Origin: a virus
DNA length: 64,000 nt
Strand: one strand, 5' to 3'
Virus record (IMG/VR): IMGVR_UViG_3300027927_000003
Span: 1 to 64,000 of that record
The translations under genes were made by a program, and so were the position numbers. Numbering within the stretch: the stretch's first letter is position 1; the number at the start of each line of letters is the position of its first letter. Below, piece after piece: positions 14,571 to 22,940 of the stretch. Under the pieces are notes generated by a model. That model was given only the letters and a program-made list of their open reading frames with translations. It was not told the DNA's origin and ran no database searches.

Positions 14571-17324
14571 ATGAAGATCCGTCGCACACCGCCCAGGATG
14601 CGGATCCGTCGTACTGATGTTTCACGTGAAACAAGGTTCTGGTCCGTCCACACCCACTCGCGGTTCTCCAACAACGACGCGCTGCCCAGCGTGACTGCGA
14701 TTGTGGAGAAGGCTGCGGCGATTGGGCAGAAGGCTGTTGGGCTCACCGATCACGGCAACATGGCTGGATCAGTGGAGCTGTACCAGGCGTGCATGAAGCA
14801 CGGCTTGAAGCCGTTCCCTGGCTCTGAGTTCTACTTCGTCCCTGACATCGAGCAGCACAAGCGGGACTACGCCAACAAGAACGTCAAGGCTCAGCGCTAT
14901 CACATGGGGATCGTGGCGTACTCGTCCAAGGGCTACGAGAACCTGGTGCGGCTCTCCACCCAGAGTCACTACAACCACTTCCACAAGCCGTTGATCGATT
15001 TCACCACGCTGGCTCAGTTTGCCCAGGATGATCGGACTGAGGGCCTGGCTATCACCACCGGCTGCTTCTTCGGCTACACAGCACAGACCCTGATCAACGA
15101 TGGGGAGGATGCATGTGAGCGTTGGCTGGCGACACTGTCCGACTGGTTCCCCGACTCGGTGTACGTGGAGATCCAGAACCACAACATTGACCACGGCGAC
15201 GGTCATAACGATGATCAGCTTGCCGATGCACTGGTATCTGTTGCGGATCGCATGGGACTTCCTGTGGTTATCACGCAGGATTCGCACTACCTCGAACCTG
15301 CTGACAAGGAGCACCATGAGCAACTCAAACGACTCGTCGCATGGGGAGACACGCCAGATGATGCTGTTTTCCCGGGTGACGGATTCCACCTTGCCGACGA
15401 CCGATGGATTGCAGACCATCACCGTGGAGATCGACTTGAGAGAGGCTTGGAGGGGCTGGATCATCTCCTCAGCCGACATTCACTCAGCATCCCGGTCCTT
15501 GACTCTTACGCTTACTCGGTCCCAACCGTCGTAAGTGATCCGCACGCGGCAATGGTCACTCGTGTGTACGGAGAAGCAGACAAGCGGGGACTGACTAGTC
15601 GTAAGTACCAAGAGAAGTTGGCTGAAGAGATCGACACGATCAACTTCTCGGACATGGCGGGCTACATGATGCTGGTCGCCATGGTCACCGACTACATGAC
15701 CGAGAACGGGATCGTCTTCCAGACCCGTGGCTCTGCTGCTGGCTCGCTGGTGTGCTGGCTGCTAGGGATCACCAACGTGGACCCGATCAAGTGGGACTTA
15801 AGGTTCGAGCGGTTCCTGAGCAAGGACCGGACCAAGCCACCAGACATTGACCTCGATATTGCCCATGATCGACGGCAAGAGGTCATCGACTGGCTGGACA
15901 CCAAGTTCGCTGCCCACCAGATCGGTTCCTGGGCCACCTACTCGATGAACGAGAAGGATGATGAGGAGTCCGAGGACAAGGGCTCACTGCTGCGTCGGTA
16001 CTTCTCTAGCGCTCGGACCAAGGGCGTGGAGAACTTCGACAGCATCCCGGCTGAGGACCTGCGGATGCTGTACGGGCTCAGTGACCTGGAGTTGTACTCG
16101 GGGATGGGCACCAACGCCGCAGGCGTGGTGATCACATCAACCAAGGAAGAGTTCGACCGCCTGGTCCCTCTCCATCACATGAACAGGGGTGGCTATGTCT
16201 CGCAGTACCACAAGGACGACATTGAGGCTCTGGGGCTGGTCAAGCTCGACGTGCTCGGCTCAAAGACGCTCACGGTCTTGCGCAGGTGCATGGACAACCT
16301 TGGCCTTGATGTTTCTGAGCTTGCCCACATCGAGCTCACCGACCGACCCACCTTCAGCCTGATGAAGACCGGTCAGCTCGCTGGCATCTTCCAGTTGGAG
16401 GGTGGCTCATCGAGGTTCGGGGTCAAGCGGCTGAAGCCCACTCACATCAAGGACGTGATCGCAGCGATGGCACTGTTCCGTCCTGCCACGATGAGCAGCG
16501 GTGGCACCGATGCGTTCATCAACCGCAAGCACAAGGAGGCTGAGGTACCCGAGCGCCATGACCTGCTGATGAAGGCCACCAAGGACACCTATGGGGTGGT
16601 GCTCTACCAGGAGCAGGTGATCGACATCTTGCGTGGCTTGGGGATGGGCGCTGATGACCTCACCAAGTTCTTGAAGGCGGTCAAGGCCAGCAACAAGAAC
16701 ATCGGAGCAGCGGGCCAGGTGATCCAGTCCTACCGAGTCTGGATCAAGGACAAGTGCGACCAACTAGGGATGAGTGAGGAAGATGAAGCGTTCCTTGACG
16801 AGGCGATTGCTGGATTCGCAGAGTATGGCTTCAACCGCGCACATGCGACGGTCTATGGGATTACTGCTTATCGGTGCGCTTACCTCGCTGTCCACCATGG
16901 CCTTGAGTTCCACGCTGCTCTACTTGCTGTGGCGGCGGGAGATCCAAAGAAAGAGCCCAAGTACCTGCAAGCCACGCGGGGCAGAGGGATCCGGATCAGC
17001 AAGGCAGATATCAATACCTCCGGAGCGACCTACGCAGTGGATGGGCGCAGGGGAGTTATCCGCAAGGGGCTACAAGCGCTCGATGGGATCGGACAGACCA
17101 CCGCAGAGGCGATTGCTGAGTGCCGAGGATCTGAGCCGTTCAGCTCAGTTGCAGATGTGGTGCAACGAGTACCTGCGCGACCAGTGAGCGGGGGCAAGGA
17201 GTTCAAGGCTGCGGGACCAGAAGCATCTCTGGATCACCTGAAGGGCGTACTCGGCAAGTTGCGGGATGCAGGAGCCTTGGACTCGCTCCCTCTCCACGAC
17301 CAACCCAACGCAAGTTTAGGGTGA
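14571..17324 (+). CDS. dnaE: DNA polymerase III alpha subunit (DnaE-type, PHP domain)
   Basis: 917 aa. N-terminal PHP motifs (SVHTHSRFS, GLTDHGNMAG, EFY) and a long region typical of Pol III alpha (PDIDLD, FRPATMSSG, YQEQVI, NRAHA). Confidence 0.9.
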   Translation: MKIRRTPPRMRIRRTDVSRETRFWSVHTHSRFSNNDALPSVTAIVEKAAAIGQKAVGLTDHGNMAGSVELYQACMKHGLKPFPGSEFYFVPDIEQHKRDYANKNVKAQRYHMGIVAYSSKGYENLVRLSTQSHYNHFHKPLIDFTTLAQFAQDDRTEGLAITTGCFFGYTAQTLINDGEDACERWLATLSDWFPDSVYVEIQNHNIDHGDGHNDDQLADALVSVADRMGLPVVITQDSHYLEPADKEHHEQLKRLVAWGDTPDDAVFPGDGFHLADDRWIADHHRGDRLERGLEGLDHLLSRHSLSIPVLDSYAYSVPTVVSDPHAAMVTRVYGEADKRGLTSRKYQEKLAEEIDTINFSDMAGYMMLVAMVTDYMTENGIVFQTRGSAAGSLVCWLLGITNVDPIKWDLRFERFLSKDRTKPPDIDLDIAHDRRQEVIDWLDTKFAAHQIGSWATYSMNEKDDEESEDKGSLLRRYFSSARTKGVENFDSIPAEDLRMLYGLSDLELYSGMGTNAAGVVITSTKEEFDRLVPLHHMNRGGYVSQYHKDDIEALGLVKLDVLGSKTLTVLRRCMDNLGLDVSELAHIELTDRPTFSLMKTGQLAGIFQLEGGSSRFGVKRLKPTHIKDVIAAMALFRPATMSSGGTDAFINRKHKEAEVPERHDLLMKATKDTYGVVLYQEQVIDILRGLGMGADDLTKFLKAVKASNKNIGAAGQVIQSYRVWIKDKCDQLGMSEEDEAFLDEAIAGFAEYGFNRAHATVYGITAYRCAYLAVHHGLEFHAALLAVAAGDPKKEPKYLQATRGRGIRISKADINTSGATYAVDGRRGVIRKGLQALDGIGQTTAEAIAECRGSEPFSSVADVVQRVPARPVSGGKEFKAAGPEASLDHLKGVLGKLRDAGALDSLPLHDQPNASLG

Positions 17325-17719
17325 TTACGGTGGATGTAGCGCTTGTGGTGAGAGAGAATGCGGGGTACCGCTGCCAGGCGATGATCTCGTTCCAGCAGTC
17401 TTGGAAACTCACCTGGACTCGATGCTTCAGATCACCGGTGGAGGTCCACCACATGCTTACTCGGTCCAGAGGAGGGCTGATTCTCGATGCTGCTGGAGAG
17501 ACAGCGCACTTGATTGCGTTGTGCCATGAACACCACAAGTACGCCCATGGCCCAGCAGGACACGAAGCGGGGTTGATGATGAATGGCTATGTCACCACAG
17601 GAGCGGACGGCAGACCTGTATACGAAGGCTCGGATCCACGGCTACAACATCTACGACCCATGGCAGTGCCAGTGGTGCCAGAAGAAGCATCCGGTGCCAG
17701 TACTAGCGAGGGACTGTGA
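17321..17719 (+). CDS. HNH endonuclease
   Basis: VEVHHMLTRSRGG ... LIALCHEHHKYAH. GTG start overlapping the dnaE stop (GTGA). GC3 drops over the last ~35 codons. Confidence 0.8.
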   Translation: MITVDVALVVRENAGYRCQAMISFQQSWKLTWTRCFRSPVEVHHMLTRSRGGLILDAAGETAHLIALCHEHHKYAHGPAGHEAGLMMNGYVTTGADGRPVYEGSDPRLQHLRPMAVPVVPEEASGASTSEGL

Positions 17720-17771
17720 GGACAGACATGATGCAGAGGTTCAACCAGGTGCTGCTGATCAACAGCCCTGA
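17583..17771 (+). CDS. small Cys-rich protein (62 aa)
   Basis: YNIYDPWQCQWCQKKHPVPVLARDCEDRH. This frame carries the high GC3 between about 17620 and 17720, where the HNH frame loses it. Confidence 0.5.
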   Translation: MAMSPQERTADLYTKARIHGYNIYDPWQCQWCQKKHPVPVLARDCEDRHDAEVQPGAADQQP

Positions 17772-18039
17772 GATGCGCAAGAGAGGCGTGGACTGGTGCA
17801 ACGACCACGGGATCAACCCTGACATCGTGCCGCTGTTCGCCACGGTCGAGATCCTCGATCAGGAGCATCTGGAGCTGGAGGTCTACGACACCAACTCCCA
17901 GGGTCAGAAGCTGTGGGATGAGAAGAAGCAGCAGCCGAAGATGCGCTGGCTGCACGTGAAGATCAAGGAGCCGATCCCCGAGGAGCTGCTCGAAGACGTA
18001 TGGGAGGAGATGGATGGACCACTACAAGAAGGCGTGTGA
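17728..18039 (+). CDS. hypothetical protein (103 aa)
   Basis: ATG at 17728 preceded by GAGGA, within ORF track entry 17716..18039. Confidence 0.7.
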   Translation: MMQRFNQVLLINSPEMRKRGVDWCNDHGINPDIVPLFATVEILDQEHLELEVYDTNSQGQKLWDEKKQQPKMRWLHVKIKEPIPEELLEDVWEEMDGPLQEGV

Positions 18040-18187
18040 CTTGCTCACCAAGGCGGAGAAGGCCGAGCAGGAGTACGCGAGCACGTTCATCCGGCTGGCT
18101 GAGATCCACCTGAGCATCTGGAAGACCCAGCAGAGCCGGAATCAACCACCCAAGGGCTACGGGGTCACTTGGAATCAAGGGAGCTGA
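18014..18187 (+). CDS. small hypothetical protein (57 aa)
   Basis: My own translation MDHYKKACDLLTKAEKAEQEYASTFIRLAEIHLSIWKTQQSRNQPPKGYGVTWNQGS. GGGAGGAG SD 4-5 nt upstream. Confidence 0.5.
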   Translation: MDHYKKACDLLTKAEKAEQEYASTFIRLAEIHLSIWKTQQSRNQPPKGYGVTWNQGS

Positions 18188-18188
18188 C

Positions 18189-18260
18189 ATGAAGACCGTA
18201 CTGATCATCCTCGTCATCCTCGTCATCATCTGGTTCGTCTGGGGAAGGCACCGCCTGTGA
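18189..18260 (+). CDS. micro-ORF, 23-aa transmembrane peptide
   Basis: MKTVLIILVILVIIWFVWGRHRL. AAGGGAG SD 5 nt upstream. Confidence 0.3.
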   Translation: MKTVLIILVILVIIWFVWGRHRL

Positions 18261-18352
18261 AGAACTTTGCTGACTGGTGGCATGAGAACGCCTTCATGAT
18301 CACGATGTGGCTGCTCGTCGTGGTCTTAGCGCTGGGAGGGTTTGGCCTGTGA
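18257..18352 (+). CDS. micro-ORF, 31-aa transmembrane peptide
   Basis: MKNFADWWHENAFMITMWLLVVVLALGGFGL. GTGA overlaps at both ends link it to the neighbouring ORFs. Confidence 0.3.
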   Translation: MKNFADWWHENAFMITMWLLVVVLALGGFGL

Positions 18353-19128
18353 AGTTCTCCCAGTTGGCCAAGTACAAGACCAACACTGATCTGGTGATCT
18401 CAGCCCGCCATGAGGCGTGGATGGCTGAGAACGGCAATCCTGTCTACTCGAACAAGGCTCTTGCCCACGCTGCTGAGGAGCTGAGGAAGCAGGCCACGCC
18501 TAGAGACAGGCGGGGAACAGTCTCTGCATCCTCGATGGGCTCGTGCCGTAGGAAGCAGCAGTTCACCTTCATCGGACTGCCAGAAGCGCCGTACAGCACC
18601 AAGACCAACGCGATCTTCCAGAACGGCACCTTCATGCACATCAGGTGGCAGATGGCTGGGATCACCGAGGGCTGGCTGTCTCATGCAGAGATCCCAGTGC
18701 CACAGAACGTGTTGAGGCTGTCCGGGACGATGGATGGGATCGCTTATGACGGATCCATCGTGGAGTTCAAGTCGATCAACTCCAACGGGTTCAGGTCTGT
18801 GCTGAGTTTCGGGCCGAAGGAGATGCACCTGTACCAAGGCGCGACATACGCGCTGTGTACGCCGAGCGTGGAGAAGGTCATCTTCCTCTACGAGGACAAG
18901 GACACTCAGGAGTTCAAGGAGATCGTCAAGACCAGGGACGATCTCCCACTGGGTGAAGCCGCTCTGAGCGCTCAGGTGACCTGGGACCTGATCGACAGGA
19001 AGGAACTGGCTGAGCCCTTGGATGCGTGCATGGCTGGTGAGGGCTATCAGTTCAACGGCTGTCCGTTCCGGAAGCAGTGCCTGAAGATCAGGTCATGGGA
19101 GGAAGCCAATGATCTTGCTGCTCGATGA
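18349..19128 (+). CDS. Cas4/RecB-like PD-(D/E)XK exonuclease
   Basis: One N-terminal Cys (GSCRRK), D...EFK nuclease motif (MDGIAYDGSIVEFKS), QxxxY (YQGATY), and three C-terminal Cys (ACMAGEGYQFNGCPFRKQC). GTG at 18349 with GGGAGGG SD. Confidence 0.8.
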   Translation: MKFSQLAKYKTNTDLVISARHEAWMAENGNPVYSNKALAHAAEELRKQATPRDRRGTVSASSMGSCRRKQQFTFIGLPEAPYSTKTNAIFQNGTFMHIRWQMAGITEGWLSHAEIPVPQNVLRLSGTMDGIAYDGSIVEFKSINSNGFRSVLSFGPKEMHLYQGATYALCTPSVEKVIFLYEDKDTQEFKEIVKTRDDLPLGEAALSAQVTWDLIDRKELAEPLDACMAGEGYQFNGCPFRKQCLKIRSWEEANDLAAR

Positions 19129-19276
19129 GTACACCCTCTGGTACTACAACACCGATGATGGAGTTTGGGTGAAGCACGAGAAGTGCGGGTGGGAAAAGAA
19201 TCTCGACTTCGGCCCCACCGTCCAGGCTGCGCTTGACGCCATAGAGGAGCACACCGATGCGTGTCAGGCGAAGTGA
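19109..19276 (+). CDS. small hypothetical protein (55 aa)
   Basis: My own translation MILLLDEYTLWYYNTDDGVWVKHEKCGWEKNLDFGPTVQAALDAIEEHTDACQAK. GGGAGGAAG SD. Confidence 0.5.
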   Translation: MILLLDEYTLWYYNTDDGVWVKHEKCGWEKNLDFGPTVQAALDAIEEHTDACQAK

Positions 19277-19742
19277 GGAGACGCCGGTCTTGGATGCGCT
19301 AGAAGATGCATCCAAGGATGCACAGGCAATCAGGGAGGCGCAGGCTCAGGTAGCAGCACCAACACACGTCCAGTTCGGGAACAAGCTCACGGAGGTACCC
19401 CTTGGTATCGATCTCCCATCGCCAGATGAGATCAAGGACGAGCTTCTTGGTTACTGCGATGTGCTGCTGGGACGAGTGGCTCCTCCAGTGGAGTCGCCGT
19501 ACCTGGGCCTCTCTGAGATCGCAACCGCCTACTATGCGCGGGGCTGCGAGCTGGACATGCTCATCCATGAGGAAGAGCGTGCAGGCCGTGTCATCCGTGG
19601 CACGCCGTACTACCGCTTGCGGACAGGAGCGCTGAGGTCGTTCCTGGAGATGAGTAAGAAAATGGCTGATCTTGGGTCTCGCCGCCTAACCCAAGAGCAG
19701 GTTCTGATGGAGGCGCGATACGACGCTGGAGAACGATACTGA
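19257..19742 (+). CDS. hypothetical protein (161 aa)
   Basis: ORF track entry with high GC3. No motif recognised. Confidence 0.7.
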   Translation: MRVRRSEETPVLDALEDASKDAQAIREAQAQVAAPTHVQFGNKLTEVPLGIDLPSPDEIKDELLGYCDVLLGRVAPPVESPYLGLSEIATAYYARGCELDMLIHEEERAGRVIRGTPYYRLRTGALRSFLEMSKKMADLGSRRLTQEQVLMEARYDAGERY

Positions 19743-20026
19743 TGAGCACCATGCCGCCCGATGGTGATCGCGATGGAAGCACCTATAACCACGACGAGGA
19801 CTACGACCGGCTGAACCGGCAGATGAAGGACGTGTTCCGCGCCGTCGCTGATGGCGCTTGGCACACTCCTCCAGAGCTGGAGGACAAGACCGGCCACTCT
19901 TGGGCGAGCATCAGTGCTCGTCTGCGGGATCTACGCAAGGACAAGTACGGCGGGTACATCGTAGAGCGCGAGTACTTGGCCAAGGGCCTGTGGATGTACC
20001 GGATCGCTGGAAAGAGGGAGAAGTGA
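19742..20026 (+). CDS. winged-helix-type DNA-binding protein (94 aa)
   Basis: WHTPPELEDKTGHSWASISARLRDLRKDKYGGYIVE resembles the MarR/wHTH recognition helix plus wing. Confidence 0.6.
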   Translation: MSTMPPDGDRDGSTYNHDEDYDRLNRQMKDVFRAVADGAWHTPPELEDKTGHSWASISARLRDLRKDKYGGYIVEREYLAKGLWMYRIAGKREK

Positions 20027-20214
20027 GGAAGAAGAGCGAGATCCTGAAGTACTTCGAGTACAAGCACTTACCTGAGCGGCTGCAACAGGTCAGTTATGAG
20101 TTCTACGTGCTGGCTCAGGCTATGGACGAGCACCTGCCAACCTGCGAGGAGAAGCAAGTCACGCTCAGGAAGCTCTTGGAGGCTAAGGATGCAGCCGTCC
20201 GAGCAGCCTTGTGA
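20023..20214 (+). CDS. hypothetical protein (63 aa)
   Basis: GTG at 20023 overlaps the previous stop (GTGA), with AGAGGGAG SD. Confidence 0.6.
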   Translation: MRKKSEILKYFEYKHLPERLQQVSYEFYVLAQAMDEHLPTCEEKQVTLRKLLEAKDAAVRAAL

Positions 20215-20332
20215 CCTGTACTGCCCACAGTGCAGCAAGCGGATCAGTGCTGATGAGACGCTGTGGACCTGGCAGAACAAGTGGTACTGCTCTGAGAAAT
20301 GCGTACGTGCGCGGATGAAGTCGATGGCCTAG
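20189..20332 (+). CDS. small zinc-ribbon protein (47 aa)
   Basis: MQPSEQPCDLYCPQCSKRISADETLWTWQNKWYCSEKCVRARMKSMA. GGAGG SD 8 nt upstream. Confidence 0.5.
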   Translation: MQPSEQPCDLYCPQCSKRISADETLWTWQNKWYCSEKCVRARMKSMA

Positions 20333-20354
20333 ACAGTCCGGTGACACTGAGTGC

Positions 20355-20510
20355 GTGAGTAAACCTAAGTGGTGTGTCCACTACAAAGCGCCCAGCGATG
20401 GTCGTCAGGTGGAGATCTTCTGTTCCTCCAAGGGTGAGGCCCAGCGCTTCGCTGACATGGTGCGGAAAGTGGATCCCAAGGCTGACCCACAGGTAGAGGA
20501 GCGAGCGTGA
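20355..20510 (+). CDS. small hypothetical protein (51 aa)
   Basis: My own translation from GTG 20355: MSKPKWCVHYKAPSDGRQVEIFCSSKGEAQRFADMVRKVDPKADPQVEERA. Its stop overlaps the ruvC start. Confidence 0.45.
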   Translation: MSKPKWCVHYKAPSDGRQVEIFCSSKGEAQRFADMVRKVDPKADPQVEERA

Positions 20511-20989
20511 TCGTCTGTGGGATTGACCTGGGCGCGAGGAAGGTCGCTATCTCTACCTTCGTGGATGGAGAGCTGACCTTGGCGCAGTCTTTGGAGGTAC
20601 CCAAGACCACCCGCGCCAGGGAGCTGCGCACTCTTGGTGAGTGGACTTTCGGGTACACCAAGATCGCGAATTACGCATTCGTAGAGGAGCCGCTCATTGG
20701 CCGTGGCGTCCGCTCGTCCCTGCAAATAGCGCAAACAGCGGGAGCTGTGATGAGCGCGATGGGCGGCCTCCTCGCCATCGACTCGCGCTTCGTTGACAAC
20801 AAGACCTGGAAGAAGCAGGTCGTTGGCAACGGAAATGCCAGCAAGGAAATGATCGAAGAGTGGTTGAAGCGCACTCATCCTGCTTATGCTGCACTGTGTG
20901 GGAGTAACCAGGACAGGATCGATGCCGCCTGCATCGGGATCTATGGGGTGCAAGTCCTTGAACGCAGAGACACCATGGCAGGGCTTTGA
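20507..20989 (+). CDS. ruvC: RuvC-like Holliday junction resolvase
   Basis: IVCGIDLG (Asp), FVEEP (Glu), NKTWKK, DRIDAACIG (Asp): the RuvC catalytic pattern. Confidence 0.85.
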   Translation: MIVCGIDLGARKVAISTFVDGELTLAQSLEVPKTTRARELRTLGEWTFGYTKIANYAFVEEPLIGRGVRSSLQIAQTAGAVMSAMGGLLAIDSRFVDNKTWKKQVVGNGNASKEMIEEWLKRTHPAYAALCGSNQDRIDAACIGIYGVQVLERRDTMAGL

Positions 20990-21464
20990 CGACTTCCTAG
21001 CGACCACAAACAACGAACCGCCGCTGTTGGACAGTGAGCGGTTCGTTGCATATTCACTCGAAGACCTATATCCCGAGTGGCAGCAAGAGGCGCACTGTCG
21101 AGGGACCGGACTCGACAACTACTTCGGAAATGAAGCAGAGCAGCCCACAATGTCTATCAAGCAGGTGCGCAACGCCTCCAAGCTCTGTGATGTCTGTCCG
21201 GTCTTCCAGGACTGCCTCAGACACGCATTGTCCGTACGCGAGGAGTACGGGGTCTGGGCATCTACCTCTGGCCGAGTACGACGAAAGATGTTCGCTCTGC
21301 TGGACTCTGACCAAGTGAGCATTGAGCAGGTAGTGGAGGACTGGAGCCATGGAAGACGAGACCCCTACACCGCAGGATCCTTCGGCGGAAGCGTCCGAAG
21401 TGATCTACGGAGAGATCGTCCTGACCAGGGCGCAAGAAGCCTACGAGATGAAGCTGTCGGGTAA
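20943..21464 (+). CDS. whiB: WhiB-family transcription factor
   Basis: Four Cys in WhiB spacing (AHCRG ... LCDVCPVFQDC), followed by GVWAST. Start is ambiguous (ATG 20943 or TTG 20958). The tail overlaps the next gene. Confidence 0.8.
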   Translation: MGCKSLNAETPWQGFDDFLATTNNEPPLLDSERFVAYSLEDLYPEWQQEAHCRGTGLDNYFGNEAEQPTMSIKQVRNASKLCDVCPVFQDCLRHALSVREEYGVWASTSGRVRRKMFALLDSDQVSIEQVVEDWSHGRRDPYTAGSFGGSVRSDLRRDRPDQGARSLRDEAVG

Positions 21465-21813
21465 GACTCCCCGCGAGATTGCCGACGAGCTGGGCTATGA
21501 GAGCCCGATGGCTGTGGTTAACGCGATCAGAAGCCAGATGAAGAGTGAGGCGTCCTTCCTCACCGACACTGACCGACAGAGCCTGCTCCAGATGGAGATG
21601 GACCGTCTCGACCGGCTGCTGGCCAAGGTCTGGCCCTCTGCGATGACTGGTGACCCCAAGAGCGTGGAAGCCGCGCTGAAGATCACTGACCGCCGCATCA
21701 AGATCACTGGCCTGGATGCTGTGGACACCACTACTCAGGCGCACACTGTCCTGGTCATCGGAGGCCAGGAACAGGACTATGTACAGAAGCTGAAGGAGCT
21801 GGCCGATGACTAG
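21349..21813 (+). CDS. HTH DNA-binding protein (possible small terminase-like or regulator)
   Basis: LSGKTPREIADELGYESPMAVVNAIRSQMK is sigma-70 region-4-like, followed by a helical region. GGAGGA SD. This frame carries the GC3 across the overlap with whiB. Confidence 0.7.
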   Translation: MEDETPTPQDPSAEASEVIYGEIVLTRAQEAYEMKLSGKTPREIADELGYESPMAVVNAIRSQMKSEASFLTDTDRQSLLQMEMDRLDRLLAKVWPSAMTGDPKSVEAALKITDRRIKITGLDAVDTTTQAHTVLVIGGQEQDYVQKLKELADD

Positions 21814-21848
21814 CCTCTCCCGCGAAGATAGAGGTTGAGGAGGCGTAC

Positions 21849-22235
21849 ATGCCAGCAGCGAACGTGCCCTTGGTGATCGACCAGGGCGAGGACTACACCG
21901 CACAGATCATCTGGACTGATGATTTTGGTGAGCCGCAACAGCTCACTTCTCCGATGCGCTTGGACATCGTGGGCGCTGGTAATCAGACCGTCATCTCTTT
22001 GACCACGCCTGAGACCGAAGTTCCCGAGGGTGAGATCCCCGAGATCAGCTACTCTCCTGACATCGGCCTGATCCAGATCCACATTCCTTCAGAACAGACC
22101 AAGAGCATTCCTCCTGGCCTCTTCCAGTACGACATGTTCGTCACGGTAGATGATGGCGATGAGTACGCAGGAGCCCAGCAGTTCCGGCTGCTGGTCGGTC
22201 AGGTCATCGTCAACAAGCGAATCACCAGGATGTGA
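21849..22235 (+). CDS. small beta-rich virion-associated protein, paralog of 28212..28586
   Basis: 128 aa. Shares the pattern L.i.QG.dY ... YD ... dG ... G..V...iTR with 28212..28586, and both precede collagen-like genes. Confidence 0.75.
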   Translation: MPAANVPLVIDQGEDYTAQIIWTDDFGEPQQLTSPMRLDIVGAGNQTVISLTTPETEVPEGEIPEISYSPDIGLIQIHIPSEQTKSIPPGLFQYDMFVTVDDGDEYAGAQQFRLLVGQVIVNKRITRM

Positions 22236-22238
22236 GCG

Positions 22239-22940
22239 ATGAGTAACGTAATCCGGCTGAACAACGGCGGCTCCATCCAGATCCGCACCGGTGTTCTTCA
22301 GGGGATCGGACCTGTTGGCCCGCCTGGACCTACCGGACCCCAAGGCATCGAAGGTCCTACTGGCCCTCAGGGTGAGACCGGTCCTGTTGGCGCGATCCTC
22401 CAGTACTTAACTAAGGCCAGGATTAGCTCTGGGATTAACCTCCCACCGGACACTGACACACTGGTCAGCTTCGGAACGGTTGAGATAGATGATCTTTCCG
22501 CCGCCAAGTCCGCCACCAACTTTCAGGTCACAGATCCTGGCGACTACCAGTTCACCGCCTGGGTGCGATTCGACCTTCCTATCTCTGCTGGTGACAGCTC
22601 TCGTAGTCTTTGGGTTCAGTCTTCCGCTGGTGGCCTCCTGGCTCGTAACTCTGTGGATGCCATCGCAGACGAGCCGACCTACCTCCAGGTTGTGTGGACG
22701 GACCGGCTCACCAACACCGAGACGCTGAACATCTACGCACGGCACTCGGATGACTCTGACGTGGTGATCTCAGAGGGTCGGCTCTCTATCGTGCGCGTAG
22801 GCGCAGGCAACCCTGGTCCTGCTGGCCCTCAGGGTCCACAGGGGCCTGTCGGACCTCAGGGACCTGCTGGACCTCAGGGCGAGCCTGGCTCGGCTGGTAC
22901 TGGATACGCCACCTACGGTGACCTCAACGCTGGAGCATAA
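22239..22940 (+). CDS. collagen-like minor tail/fibre protein
   Basis: G-X-Y runs at both ends (GPVGPPGPTGPQGIEGPTGPQGETGPVG and [31 protein letters not shown]) flank a globular domain of about 140 aa. Confidence 0.85.
   Translation: MSNVIRLNNGGSIQIRTGVLQGIGPVGPPGPTGPQGIEGPTGPQGETGPVGAILQYLTKARISSGINLPPDTDTLVSFGTVEIDDLSAAKSATNFQVTDPGDYQFTAWVRFDLPISAGDSSRSLWVQSSAGGLLARNSVDAIADEPTYLQVVWTDRLTNTETLNIYARHSDDSDVVISEGRLSIVRVGAGNPGPAGPQGPQGPVGPQGPAGPQGEPGSAGTGYATYGDLNAGA

Noticed and set aside
21349-21813. Calling this HTH protein the small terminase subunit.
   Set aside because: The sequence style is compatible, but the gene lies 12 kb upstream of terL with a terminator in between. It is left as a generic HTH protein with a note.
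22300-22900. Repetitive GGN-CCN nucleotide runs, considered as a possible CRISPR array or tandem repeat.
   Set aside because: They are in-frame G-X-Y collagen codons inside ORFs. There is no repeat-spacer architecture anywhere in the window.
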